Origin: Eubacteriales bacterium
GTDB lineage: Bacteria; Bacillota; Clostridia; Oscillospirales; CAG-272
Reading direction: 5' to 3'
NCBI GenBank assembly: GCA_045540755.1
Contig: JAZQHV010000073.1
Location: forward strand, 2,434-66,433
Length of the DNA stretch: 64,000 nt
Shown here: piece after piece, positions 19,001-26,026 of the stretch
Layout: every line of letters starts with the position of its first letter
How positions within the stretch are numbered: position 1 is the stretch's first letter
Position numbers and translations under genes: made by a program
Notes under the pieces: model-generated
What the model saw: only the letters and a program-made list of their open reading frames with translations
Told to the model about the DNA's origin: nothing
Database searches by the model: none

Positions 19001-19084
19001 GGGCGCACCGCGATACTCGGCGGTCGGTGATCGGAACAAAGACGGCGAAAGTATTTTTTCTTGCCTGTTCTTTTCGTACAGCAT
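16037..19084 (-). CDS. large cytoplasmic glycoside hydrolase, family uncertain (GH106-like / unclassified rhamnosidase-type TIM barrel is my best guess)
   Basis: Start MLYEKNRQEK at 19084 (GAGGGGGA RBS), 1015 aa, no signal peptide. N-terminal motif YRGAPFWAWNCTLEREELLRQIDIFWEMGLGGFHMHCRDG. Lies 51 nt upstream of GH78 copy 2 on the same strand. Confidence 0.5.
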   Translation of the reverse strand: MLYEKNRQEKILSPSLFRSPTAEYRGAPFWAWNCTLEREELLRQIDIFWEMGLGGFHMHCRDGMATPYLTDAFMALVKACADHAKEKGMLAWLYDEDKWPSGFGGGYVTKDPAYRQRFIVFTCNPQFQPRAGSVLIAEFDVVLDEEGCLRSYKRLQTGEDVMGTRWSVWRMVAADSAWYNNQSYVDTLNKKAIERFIEVTHERYHAVLGDEFGKSVPAIFTDEPQFLHKGTLPFADSRVDVRLPWTDDLEETFAATYGTSLCDCLPELLWELPNGEISQMRYRYHDHVAERFASAFADTIGAWCDAHGIALSGHMLNEPTLYSQTRVLGDCMRSYRAFGIPGIDMLCAAFELTTAKQCQSAVRQYGKEGMMSELYGVTGWDYDFRGHKLQGDWQAALGVTVRVHHLSWVSMKGTAKRDYPASISYQSPWYKKYRYVEDHFARVNTAMTRGKPCVKVAVVHPVESYWLHFGPNEQTQLVRDRLDANFASVTDWLLKGSIDFDYICESNLPDQCAEGGAPLKVGEMAYDVVIVPACETLRATTLDRLEAFRDAGGKLVFMGDAPKYEDAKVSERGRALYERSLQIGFNRSALLEALAADRTVEIRESNGALTNNLIHQLRRDENGLWLFVAHASEPYNKDVAKAQSIRIRVKGIYRPELWDTQTGEVLPITYQTRGGNTYITTALYDYDSLLLFLADTKEEGAYVAEKAAVMTVPYTLPTFVDYELSEPNVLLLDMPRYALDGEALGGPEEILRVDAAIRTRLGYPAAKTQPWVVPNRPAEHTVTLAFTVHSEIEYATPYLALEDADVATVLWNGERVTAAPEGYYVDKAIQKIALPALRKGENTLTVTIPFGERSNCEAMYLLGDFGVKIAGRNLTVTELPKQLGFGDITGQGLPFYGGAVSYHIPVRCHEECRAQIVIPHYAAAVNTVAVDGEERTVVAYPPYRADIGSLDKGEHTVTVTAYVSRRNCFGDVHNADEKFSWQGPSAWVTKDSLWTYEYRLRRAGLLSAPNLYLSE

Positions 19085-19184
19085 ATCGTTCCCCCTCAAG
19101 ATTTTAAAGAACCTCGTTAATACCATTTTACTCTTACACACCGTAAAAATAAATATCCTGATTTGTCTGAAAAAGTAACCTGAT

Positions 19185-19196
19185 TTGCACTTGCAA
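19185..19196. promoter_or_regulatory. palindrome TTGCA-CT-TGCAA (candidate operator), second copy
   Basis: Identical to 10855-10866. Overlaps the -35 of the AraC paralogue 2 promoter. Confidence 0.3.
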
Positions 19197-19219
19197 AATC
19201 ATCCTGTATATGCTACGAT
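19191..19219 (+). promoter_or_regulatory. sigma-A-type promoter of AraC paralogue 2
   Basis: TTGCAA (19191-19196), 17 nt, TGcTACGAT (19211-19219). Confidence 0.5.
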
Positions 19220-19236
19220 AGTCATGAGGTGAGGAT

Positions 19237-20097
19237 ATGAAAAAAGCAACCACCATCAGGATAATCCAAGCGCAAAAACTGCTCGATAGCGGGAAACTGA
19301 TCACCACAACAAAGAATCCGCAGTTCGAGTACATCCATGCACATACGCACGATTATATCGAGATGTGCTATATGCACAAAGGGCAGACGACACACATCAT
19401 CAACGGCAAAAAGCTTCTCCTTTGCGAAGGAGAAACGCTGATCCTCAACCAGCATGCCACACAGGAGATCCTGCCTGCGGGAGAAGGCGACTTTTTGGTA
19501 AATTTCATCATTCGCCCGCAGTTTTTCGGCAAGCCGCTTGAAATGCTGGGCGAGGAAGAATCACCACTGCGCCGCTTTATCCTCGATTGCATTGCGGGAC
19601 GGGAAAGCACAAACGGATATCTGCATTTCAAGACCGCCGACGTTCCGGCGATCCAGAATCTGTTTGAAAACCTGATCCTCTCCTTTGCGGAGAAAGAGCC
19701 GAGCCACAAGATCAACGAGTTTACAATGGGACTTCTTTTGCTGGAATTCATCCGTCATTCCGACAAATTGGTCGCCGAAAATATCGAAAAAGGTGCTGTT
19801 TTGCAGACGCTGAAATATATCGAAGAAAACTATCAGAGCGGCTCCCTTTCCGAGATTGCCGAGCAGTTGCACTACGATCTCTACTGGCTCTCCCGCGAGA
19901 TCAAGCGAAAGACGGGCAGAACCTTTACCACGCTTTTGCAGGAAAAACGGCTTTCCCAAGCAGAGTATCTGCTGACACATTCCAACATAAGAGTCGCCGA
20001 CATCGCGGCGAGTGTCGGCTACAACAATATGAGTTATTTTCACCGCATTTTCGAGGAACGCTTCGGCATGTCCCCAAAAAAGTATCGGAGCCGCTAA
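19237..20097 (+). CDS. AraC family transcriptional regulator, paralogue 2
   Basis: Colinear with 10907..11830 (THDYIEMCYM, NFIIRPQFFGKPLEMLGEE, YIEENYQSGSLSEIAEQLHYDLYWLSR, VADIAASVGYNNMSYFHRIFEERFGMSPKKYR). Confidence 0.85.
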   Translation: MKKATTIRIIQAQKLLDSGKLITTTKNPQFEYIHAHTHDYIEMCYMHKGQTTHIINGKKLLLCEGETLILNQHATQEILPAGEGDFLVNFIIRPQFFGKPLEMLGEEESPLRRFILDCIAGRESTNGYLHFKTADVPAIQNLFENLILSFAEKEPSHKINEFTMGLLLLEFIRHSDKLVAENIEKGAVLQTLKYIEENYQSGSLSEIAEQLHYDLYWLSREIKRKTGRTFTTLLQEKRLSQAEYLLTHSNIRVADIAASVGYNNMSYFHRIFEERFGMSPKKYRSR

Positions 20098-20156
20098 CTG
20101 TCCCAAAAATGGTACACCCCTTTTGCTATAATAAGAGTGCAAAGGAGGTGGCGCCC

Positions 20157-20624
20157 ATGATCGCATCTAAGGAAGTGCTTGCGCGTGTGGAAAAGCTACT
20201 GCACAAATACAAAACGCGCGACCCGTACAAGATCGCCCGCCAATGCGGCATCGAGATCATCATCCGTGAACTCGGCGCGCTGAAGGGCTTTTACAAGGTG
20301 ATCTACCGCAATCCGTTTATCTTTCTCAACAAATCCATGTCGCGCTCTATGGCGCGCATTGTCTGCGCACATGAGCTCGGACACCACTTTTTGCACCGTG
20401 AGTTCGCCGCATTCGGCTTTGAGGAAACATCCCTCTTTTCCCCCGCTTCCCGCAGAGAATACGAGGCAAATCTCTTTGCCGCAGAGCTACTGCTCTCCGA
20501 CAGCGAGATCAAAGAACTCGCCGACGAGGGCTATACCGATACGCAGATCGCATCGGCACTCGGCGCAGACCTTACGCTGACACAGTTAAAACTTGCCGCC
20601 CTACAGGCGAAAATTCCGAAATAA
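20157..20624 (+). CDS. ImmA/IrrE-family metallopeptidase (DUF955-type)
   Basis: Track ORF trimmed to MIASKEVL (ATG 20157, AAAGGAGG RBS). HExxH motif AHELGHHFLH followed by ...EYEANLFAAELL, typical of ImmA/IrrE. Confidence 0.7.
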   Translation: MIASKEVLARVEKLLHKYKTRDPYKIARQCGIEIIIRELGALKGFYKVIYRNPFIFLNKSMSRSMARIVCAHELGHHFLHREFAAFGFEETSLFSPASRREYEANLFAAELLLSDSEIKELADEGYTDTQIASALGADLTLTQLKLAALQAKIPK

Positions 20625-20651
20625 GGCTTTACTTTCCGTAGATATATGATA

Positions 20652-20683
20652 AAATAGAGTGTATAGTTACACTCTATTTTTTT
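20652..20683 (+). terminator. intrinsic terminator after ImmA-like gene
   Basis: AAATAGAGTGTA-tagt-TACACTCTATTT-TTTT, immediately followed by the GGAGG RBS of the next gene. Confidence 0.65.
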
Positions 20684-20695
20684 ACGGAGGCAATC

Positions 20696-21433
20696 ATGCA
20701 AAACGAAAATCTGCACGCCGGCTGGAACGACCTTGTACGTACCACTACAAACGGCGTGGAAATGAAATACCAACTCTACATACCCGAAAACTACGACGCT
20801 TCGAAAAAGTATCCCGCGATCCTCTACATGCACTCGGCAGGTGTGCGCTGTGACGACAACTCGCACATCTACACGGGCGAGGCAAAATTCCTGCGCAACA
20901 TTGAGGAGGGGGCCTACAAAAACGAAGTGCTGATCCTTGCCCCTTGCTGTCCCAAAACGGCAAAATGGGTGGATGTGGATGCATGGAACAGTATCGCCTT
21001 TGACTCGGATCTGATGGTTCCCTCCACGCACATGGCCGCCGCACTCGAGCTGTTCGGCATTTTCCTCGACAGCTTCTCTATCGACCGCTCCCGTCTGTAC
21101 CTTTACGGCATGTCGATGGGCGGTCTCGCCGTGTGGGACATCCTTGCCCGTCGCCCCAAGGTCTTTGCGGCGGCAGCCGTTGCCGCAGGTCGAGGCACGC
21201 CCATGCATGCCAACCGCATGGTGGACGTGGCGATCTGGATCTTCCACGGTACGCGGGATGACGCCGTCCCCTACCGCCATGCACTCATCATGCACGATGC
21301 GCTTGTAAACGCAGGTAAAAAAGATCTGCGCATGACCACCTTTGAAAACGCAGGACACGGCATCTGGGTAAAAACCGCCGATACCGAGGGCTTTATCGAC
21401 TGGATGTTCGCGCAGAGGAGATCGGATAAATGA
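20696..21433 (+). CDS. alpha/beta hydrolase (COG4099-type predicted esterase/peptidase), cytoplasmic
   Basis: YQLYIPENYDASKKYPAILYMHSAG, nucleophile elbow GMSMGG, later HGTRDD...GH. No signal peptide. Confidence 0.65.
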   Translation: MQNENLHAGWNDLVRTTTNGVEMKYQLYIPENYDASKKYPAILYMHSAGVRCDDNSHIYTGEAKFLRNIEEGAYKNEVLILAPCCPKTAKWVDVDAWNSIAFDSDLMVPSTHMAAALELFGIFLDSFSIDRSRLYLYGMSMGGLAVWDILARRPKVFAAAAVAAGRGTPMHANRMVDVAIWIFHGTRDDAVPYRHALIMHDALVNAGKKDLRMTTFENAGHGIWVKTADTEGFIDWMFAQRRSDK

Positions 21434-22380
21434 ACGTTGTCCTTTTAGACGCTGCCACGCTCGGTGACGGGCTGGATTTTTCGGTGCTGGAGCGCTTTGG
21501 AAAGGTGACGGCATATGCAGATACCGCACCCGACGCAGTAGGCGCACGCCTTGCGGATGCGGACGTTGCCATCATCAACAAGATCAAGATCACGCGCGAG
21601 GTGCTTGCAAAAGCATCGCATCTTAAACTGGTCTGCGTATTCGCGACCGGCTACGACAACATCGACCTTGCGGCTTGTCGCGAGCACGGCGTTGCCGCCT
21701 GCAACGTCAAAGGCTATTCCACACACAGCGTGGCACAGCTTACCGTGCTGATGGCACTCACACTGATCGAAAAGATGGGTGCATACACCGATTTTGTGCG
21801 CGACGGCAGTTATACAAAGAGCGGCATTGCCAACCGCCTCACCCCCGTCAATCACGAGCTCTACGGTAAGACCTGGGGCATCGTAGGTGCAGGCGCGATC
21901 GGCGGACAGGTCGCCAAGGTCGCCGAGGCATTCGGATGCAAGGTACTCGCCTACAAGCGCACACCGAGCGACGAATTTGACTGCGTGCCGCTGGACGAAC
22001 TGCTTTGCCGTTCGGACATCATTTCCTTGCACACCCCCCTAAACGACGGCACGCGCGGTCTGATCGGCGCACGCGAGCTTGCATTGCTGAAAAAAGACGC
22101 GATCCTCATCAACGTAGCGCGCGGCGCCGTGACCGACGAAAGCGCGGTTGCCGAAGCGGTGCTTTCGGGCAGGCTCGGCGGCTTTGCCACCGACGTATAC
22201 TCGGTAGAGCCGTTCCCTGCCGAACATCCGATGGCAAGGCTCACGGAATGCGAAAACGTCATGCTCACACCACATATGGCTTGGGGCACGCTGGAGGCAC
22301 GTGTGCGTTGTCTTGACGAGATCGTACAGAATATAGAGTCGTTTATAAGCGGCGGAAGGAGAAACAGGATCGATGCATAA
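21430..22380 (+). CDS. D-isomer-specific 2-hydroxyacid dehydrogenase (glycerate/hydroxypyruvate reductase-like)
   Basis: ATGA overlap with the upstream gene. NAD-binding GIVGAGAIGGQVAKVAEAFGCKVLAYKR. Catalytic-region ...INVARGAVTDE...TPHMAWGT. Confidence 0.8.
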   Translation: MNVVLLDAATLGDGLDFSVLERFGKVTAYADTAPDAVGARLADADVAIINKIKITREVLAKASHLKLVCVFATGYDNIDLAACREHGVAACNVKGYSTHSVAQLTVLMALTLIEKMGAYTDFVRDGSYTKSGIANRLTPVNHELYGKTWGIVGAGAIGGQVAKVAEAFGCKVLAYKRTPSDEFDCVPLDELLCRSDIISLHTPLNDGTRGLIGARELALLKKDAILINVARGAVTDESAVAEAVLSGRLGGFATDVYSVEPFPAEHPMARLTECENVMLTPHMAWGTLEARVRCLDEIVQNIESFISGGRRNRIDA

Positions 22381-23413
22381 TTTTCAATGTGATTACACCG
22401 AGGGCGCACATCCGAATATCATAGACGCGCTCGTAAAAACCAACATGGTGCAGACAAGTGGCTACGGTGCCGATGCCTACTGCGAGAGCGCGAAGGCAAA
22501 GATCCGCACGGCGTGCGGCGCACCCGATGCGGACGTACATTTTCTCGTCGGCGGCACACAAACCAATACGACCGTGATCTCCTCGGTGCTCCGCCCCTAT
22601 CAGGGCGCGGTCTGCGCCGCAGAAGGACACATCGCCGTGCACGAAACGGGCGCGATCGAGGCGACGGGGCACAAGGTGCTCCCCCTCCCCTGCCAAAACG
22701 GTAAGATCACGGCGGCGCAGGTCAAAGATTGCTTTGCACACCACTACGCAAGCGAGACAGCCGAGCACGAGGTGCAACCGGGTCTGGTCTATATCTCCTA
22801 CCCCACCGAATGCGGCACCATCTACACGCGCGACGAGCTTGCCGCCATCCACGCGGTCTGCAAAGAATACGACGTTCCGCTGTTTGTGGACGGCGCACGT
22901 CTCGGCTACGGGCTTGCCGACCCGAACTGCGACGTCACCCTCGCCGAATTCGCATCTCTCTGCGACATCTTCTACATCGGCGGCACCAAGTGCGGCGCCC
23001 TCTTTGGCGAAGCAGTCGTCATCATAAACAAAAAATATGCCCGTGATTTCCGCTATCTCATCAAGCGCCATGGCGGTATGTTCGCCAAGGGCAGATTGCT
23101 CGGTATCCAGTTTGACACCCTGTTTACCGACGACCTCTACCTGGACATCACGCGCGGCGCGGTCGAAAAGGCGCTCCGCATCCGCCGTGCCTTTGAAGCA
23201 CGCGGCATCGGATTCTTCGGCTCGTCGATGACCAACCAACAGTTCCCCATCCTGACGGATGCACAGATCGAGTTTCTATCGAAAAACAGTCTGCCCGAGT
23301 TCTGGTGTGAGGCAGAAGGCGGCAAAAAGGTCGTTCGCTTCTGCACCTCGTGGGCAACCGATGACGAAAGCGTGGACACACTGGTCAACGACATTGCCAA
23401 AATGGAAATATAA
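22373..23413 (+). CDS. threonine aldolase / beta-eliminating lyase family PLP enzyme
   Basis: 8-nt overlap with the upstream gene. DYTEGAHPNIIDAL..., ...FLVGGTQTN..., ...FYIGGTKCGALFGEAVV (PLP-Lys region). Confidence 0.7.
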   Translation: MHNFQCDYTEGAHPNIIDALVKTNMVQTSGYGADAYCESAKAKIRTACGAPDADVHFLVGGTQTNTTVISSVLRPYQGAVCAAEGHIAVHETGAIEATGHKVLPLPCQNGKITAAQVKDCFAHHYASETAEHEVQPGLVYISYPTECGTIYTRDELAAIHAVCKEYDVPLFVDGARLGYGLADPNCDVTLAEFASLCDIFYIGGTKCGALFGEAVVIINKKYARDFRYLIKRHGGMFAKGRLLGIQFDTLFTDDLYLDITRGAVEKALRIRRAFEARGIGFFGSSMTNQQFPILTDAQIEFLSKNSLPEFWCEAEGGKKVVRFCTSWATDDESVDTLVNDIAKMEI

Positions 23414-23416
23414 AAG

Positions 23417-23443
23417 AAAAAGCCATCCTTCGATGGCTTTTTT
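23417..23443. terminator. bidirectional intrinsic terminator
   Basis: AAAA-AGCCATC-cttc-GATGGCT-TTTTT between convergent genes. Confidence 0.7.
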
Positions 23444-24295
23444 CTATGCTTTGATCTTTTCGTCGAGCACGCTGTAGAGCGTGATGATCGCAATGAGGAA
23501 CAGGCCGCTTGCAATAGAAATCGCACTCGGAACCTCCTTGGCATACACGGCGACCAGAATGGGGTTCAGCACCGGCTCGATCGCCGAAATGACCACACAG
23601 CTGATAGTAGAGCACTTGCTTGCCGCAAGTGCATACAGGATATACGGGATACCAAGTTGTACCACGCCGAGGAGCGCGACAAAGCCGATCCCTGTTGCGT
23701 CAAGCGTATTTTCGGTAAAAAACAGAAACGGAAGCCCCACTGCGGCGCAAAATACGTGTCCGAGCAGGATGCCGCTCATCTTTTCCTCGCCCTTGGTATT
23801 GCCGACGGCAACGAACATGCCGCCCATAAACATGCCCGCGACGACACCGATGACGTTGCCAAGCATATCGCCGGCGCCGAGGCTGCCGAGGAAGAATACC
23901 ACCACGCCACAAAGCGTGAGCAGTACCGCCGCCACGTCAAACAGGCGTGGCTTTTTTCGCAGAAACAGCATGGAAAAAATCAAAACGAAGATCGGTGCCG
24001 TATACTGCAAAACAATGGCATTTGCCGCCGTGGTCAGCTTATTGGCTCCCACAAAGCAATGGAATACGCCGCAAAGCAGAATGCCGCTGAGTACCGTGTC
24101 ACGAGAAAAAACAATGCGCTGTTTTGTGACCGCCATGTACACAAGCACGGTGAGCGCCGCAAACAGAGACCGCCCGCCCGCGATCACAAAGGGGTTCATT
24201 TGTACGTGTTTGATGACCAGACCGGCGATGCTCCAAAGCGTGGCGCAAAGCACCATCTGCAATATGCCGATCCGTTTTTGGGATACCTGTGCCAT
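23444..24295 (-). CDS. EamA/DMT-family transporter
   Basis: 283 aa, about 10 TM segments. GILQMVLCATLWSIAGLVIK is EamA-like. Starts 3 nt after the CpsB-like stop. Confidence 0.75.
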   Translation of the reverse strand: MAQVSQKRIGILQMVLCATLWSIAGLVIKHVQMNPFVIAGGRSLFAALTVLVYMAVTKQRIVFSRDTVLSGILLCGVFHCFVGANKLTTAANAIVLQYTAPIFVLIFSMLFLRKKPRLFDVAAVLLTLCGVVVFFLGSLGAGDMLGNVIGVVAGMFMGGMFVAVGNTKGEEKMSGILLGHVFCAAVGLPFLFFTENTLDATGIGFVALLGVVQLGIPYILYALAASKCSTISCVVISAIEPVLNPILVAVYAKEVPSAISIASGLFLIAIITLYSVLDEKIKA

Positions 24296-24298
24296 AAT

Positions 24299-25045
24299 TT
24301 AAACCTTTTTTACCTTGGATTTTCGAAGCATGCCTTCCAATAGCGGCTGTGCATAGAGTGCGTTTTCGATGATCGCCTGCGCTTTTTTCACAGAGCCGCC
24401 GAAAAGTTTTGGCTTTTCCGCAAGCGTTTTGCCGATGATATCGAACTGTGGGGGACGCCCCGTCATATCGTGTGCATCACTGCCCAGCACCACGGGCACG
24501 CCCAGTGAGGAGACCGTGTCGAGCAGTCTGAGCGAGCGCTTATACTTCAATTCGCCGACGGTGATCTGAAAGACCACGTTCGGGATGCGCGCAAACTTTT
24601 GCAGTTCCTCTATGCTAAAGCCGTACCTTTCGATGTGCGCGATCACGGGCACAACGTCAAACTTGTACACCGCGTTTTCGATCGCGGTGATCATCCAGTT
24701 GTTAAAACGGACCTCGGGCATCTCCAGCATCACGACGTTGGAATCGCCGATGCACATTTTGTCCACGGGATACTCGCAAAGAGACTGAAAGATCTGTACC
24801 TCCGCACCAAGCAGGATCTCGATCGGACAGCCCGCCGCCTTAAGATTGGCAAACGCCTTTGTCCTGCGATCCAGAAATGCGTGTACGTCGTCATTCCACG
24901 GATAAAAATGGGGAGTGGCGCAAATCGTCGCCACTCCCTGCGATTTCAAAAGCTTGCACATGGCAACCGTTTCCTGTACGTCCTCGGTGCCGTCGAAATC
25001 CATGCCGGGCAAAATGTGGCAATGAAAATCTATGTACTTATTCAT
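24299..25045 (-). CDS. cpsB: CpsB/YwqE-type PHP-domain protein-tyrosine phosphatase
   Basis: N-terminal IDFHCHILPGMDFDG and ...LGSDAHD motifs of the Mn-dependent CpsB family. 3 nt downstream of the kinase gene. Confidence 0.8.
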   Translation of the reverse strand: MNKYIDFHCHILPGMDFDGTEDVQETVAMCKLLKSQGVATICATPHFYPWNDDVHAFLDRRTKAFANLKAAGCPIEILLGAEVQIFQSLCEYPVDKMCIGDSNVVMLEMPEVRFNNWMITAIENAVYKFDVVPVIAHIERYGFSIEELQKFARIPNVVFQITVGELKYKRSLRLLDTVSSLGVPVVLGSDAHDMTGRPPQFDIIGKTLAEKPKLFGGSVKKAQAIIENALYAQPLLEGMLRKSKVKKV

Positions 25046-25048
25046 ACT

Positions 25049-26026
25049 TTACTTCTTTTTGGTCTGCTCGGTCTTCTTTGCAGGCTCGGCCTTGGCTTCC
25101 GCCTTCTTTTCATCCTTATTCTCTGCCTTTGCACCGTAGCCATAACCATAACCGTAGCCGTAACCGTAACCACTGCCATAGCCCTTACCGTAGCGACTGC
25201 CGTAACGTCCGTAACGGCTACCGTAACGACCGTAACCGTAACGGCTGTAGCGCTTACCGTAGCGTCCGTAGCTACCATAGCCGTAGCGATGACCGTAGCC
25301 GTAGCGACCATAGTGCGAATAAGAGCCTGCCGCATACATGTAAGACTTTTCTTCCTCACGCACGTCGGTCAGGATCGCGCCGAGGATCTTGCCGCCGACA
25401 GACTTGATCGTCTCAACGGTATGGATGACCTCGTCATAGATCGCGTGGTTCTGGCGGGCAATAACGATCGCCTGCGGAACGATCAGAAGGAGAGAGGATG
25501 CGTCCGAAACCAACTCAACGGGAGGACAGTCCAGGAAAATAAAGTCGTACTGTCCGCGTACCTTTTCGAGCAGGGCGCGCATATTATCGGAGCCAAGCAG
25601 CTCCGAGGGGTTGGGAGGTGTCTGTCCCGCGGTCAGCAGGTCAAGATTCTCCTTTACGTTTCTTTTTACGGTATCCTCAAAGGTACACATGCCGCAAAGC
25701 ACGTTGGAAAGCCCCTGCGTGTTCTCCTGCGCATAGATCTTCTGCTGCGAAGGGTTACGCATGTCGCAGTCGATCAACAATACCTTTGCGCCGGTCTGCG
25801 AAAAGGAAAGGCTGAGGTTTGCCGAGGTAACGCTCTTACCCGAGTTCGGCTCTGCACTCGTAACCAGCATGACGTTGTCCTTGTTTGCGGACAGCGTAAA
25901 CATCAGCGAGGTACGGATGCTCTTGTACATTTCAACGATACGGAATGCCGTACCGCCGCTCATGTTACAAAACAGTTCGGCAGAACTAAGCGGGCTATCA
26001 GTTGTCTGACTGTTTAGTATAGGCAT
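25049..26026 (-). CDS. cpsD: CpsD/YwqD-type bacterial tyrosine (BY) kinase with hyper-extended Gly/Tyr/Arg tail and Lys-rich end
   Basis: Walker A SAEPNSGKSVTS, Walker A' LLIDCDMRNP, Walker B DFIFLDCPP. C-terminal about 100 aa are low complexity (see repeat feature). Confidence 0.85.
   Translation of the reverse strand: MPILNSQTTDSPLSSAELFCNMSGGTAFRIVEMYKSIRTSLMFTLSANKDNVMLVTSAEPNSGKSVTSANLSLSFSQTGAKVLLIDCDMRNPSQQKIYAQENTQGLSNVLCGMCTFEDTVKRNVKENLDLLTAGQTPPNPSELLGSDNMRALLEKVRGQYDFIFLDCPPVELVSDASSLLLIVPQAIVIARQNHAIYDEVIHTVETIKSVGGKILGAILTDVREEEKSYMYAAGSYSHYGRYGYGHRYGYGSYGRYGKRYSRYGYGRYGSRYGRYGSRYGKGYGSGYGYGYGYGYGYGAKAENKDEKKAEAKAEPAKKTEQTKKK
25133..25342 (-). repeat. in-frame low-complexity (R/S/G)-Y-G repeat encoding 24 Tyr in about 70 residues
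   Basis: Encodes YMYAAGSYSHYGRYGYGHRYGYGSYGRYGKRYSRYGYGRYGSRYGRYGSRYGKGYGSGYGYGYGYGYGYG. The DNA shows reiterated ccgta(a/g)cc units. Confidence 0.9.

Noticed and set aside
20109-20624. ImmA/IrrE gene as a marker of a prophage, ICE or other mobile element.
   Set aside because: No integrase, recombinase, Xre repressor, phage structural or conjugation genes, tRNA target or direct repeats are visible within the window. Flanking genes are ordinary metabolic genes on the same strand.
25133-25342. Reiterated ccgtaaccgta-type DNA as a CRISPR array, minisatellite or non-coding repeat. Also the 105-aa alternative-frame ORF 25042-25359.
   Set aside because: The units are 6-9 nt, contiguous, lack spacers, and lie in frame within the BY-kinase gene, where they encode the Tyr/Gly/Arg tail. 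The alternative-frame ORF (VATATVIATA...) is a by-product of the repeat.
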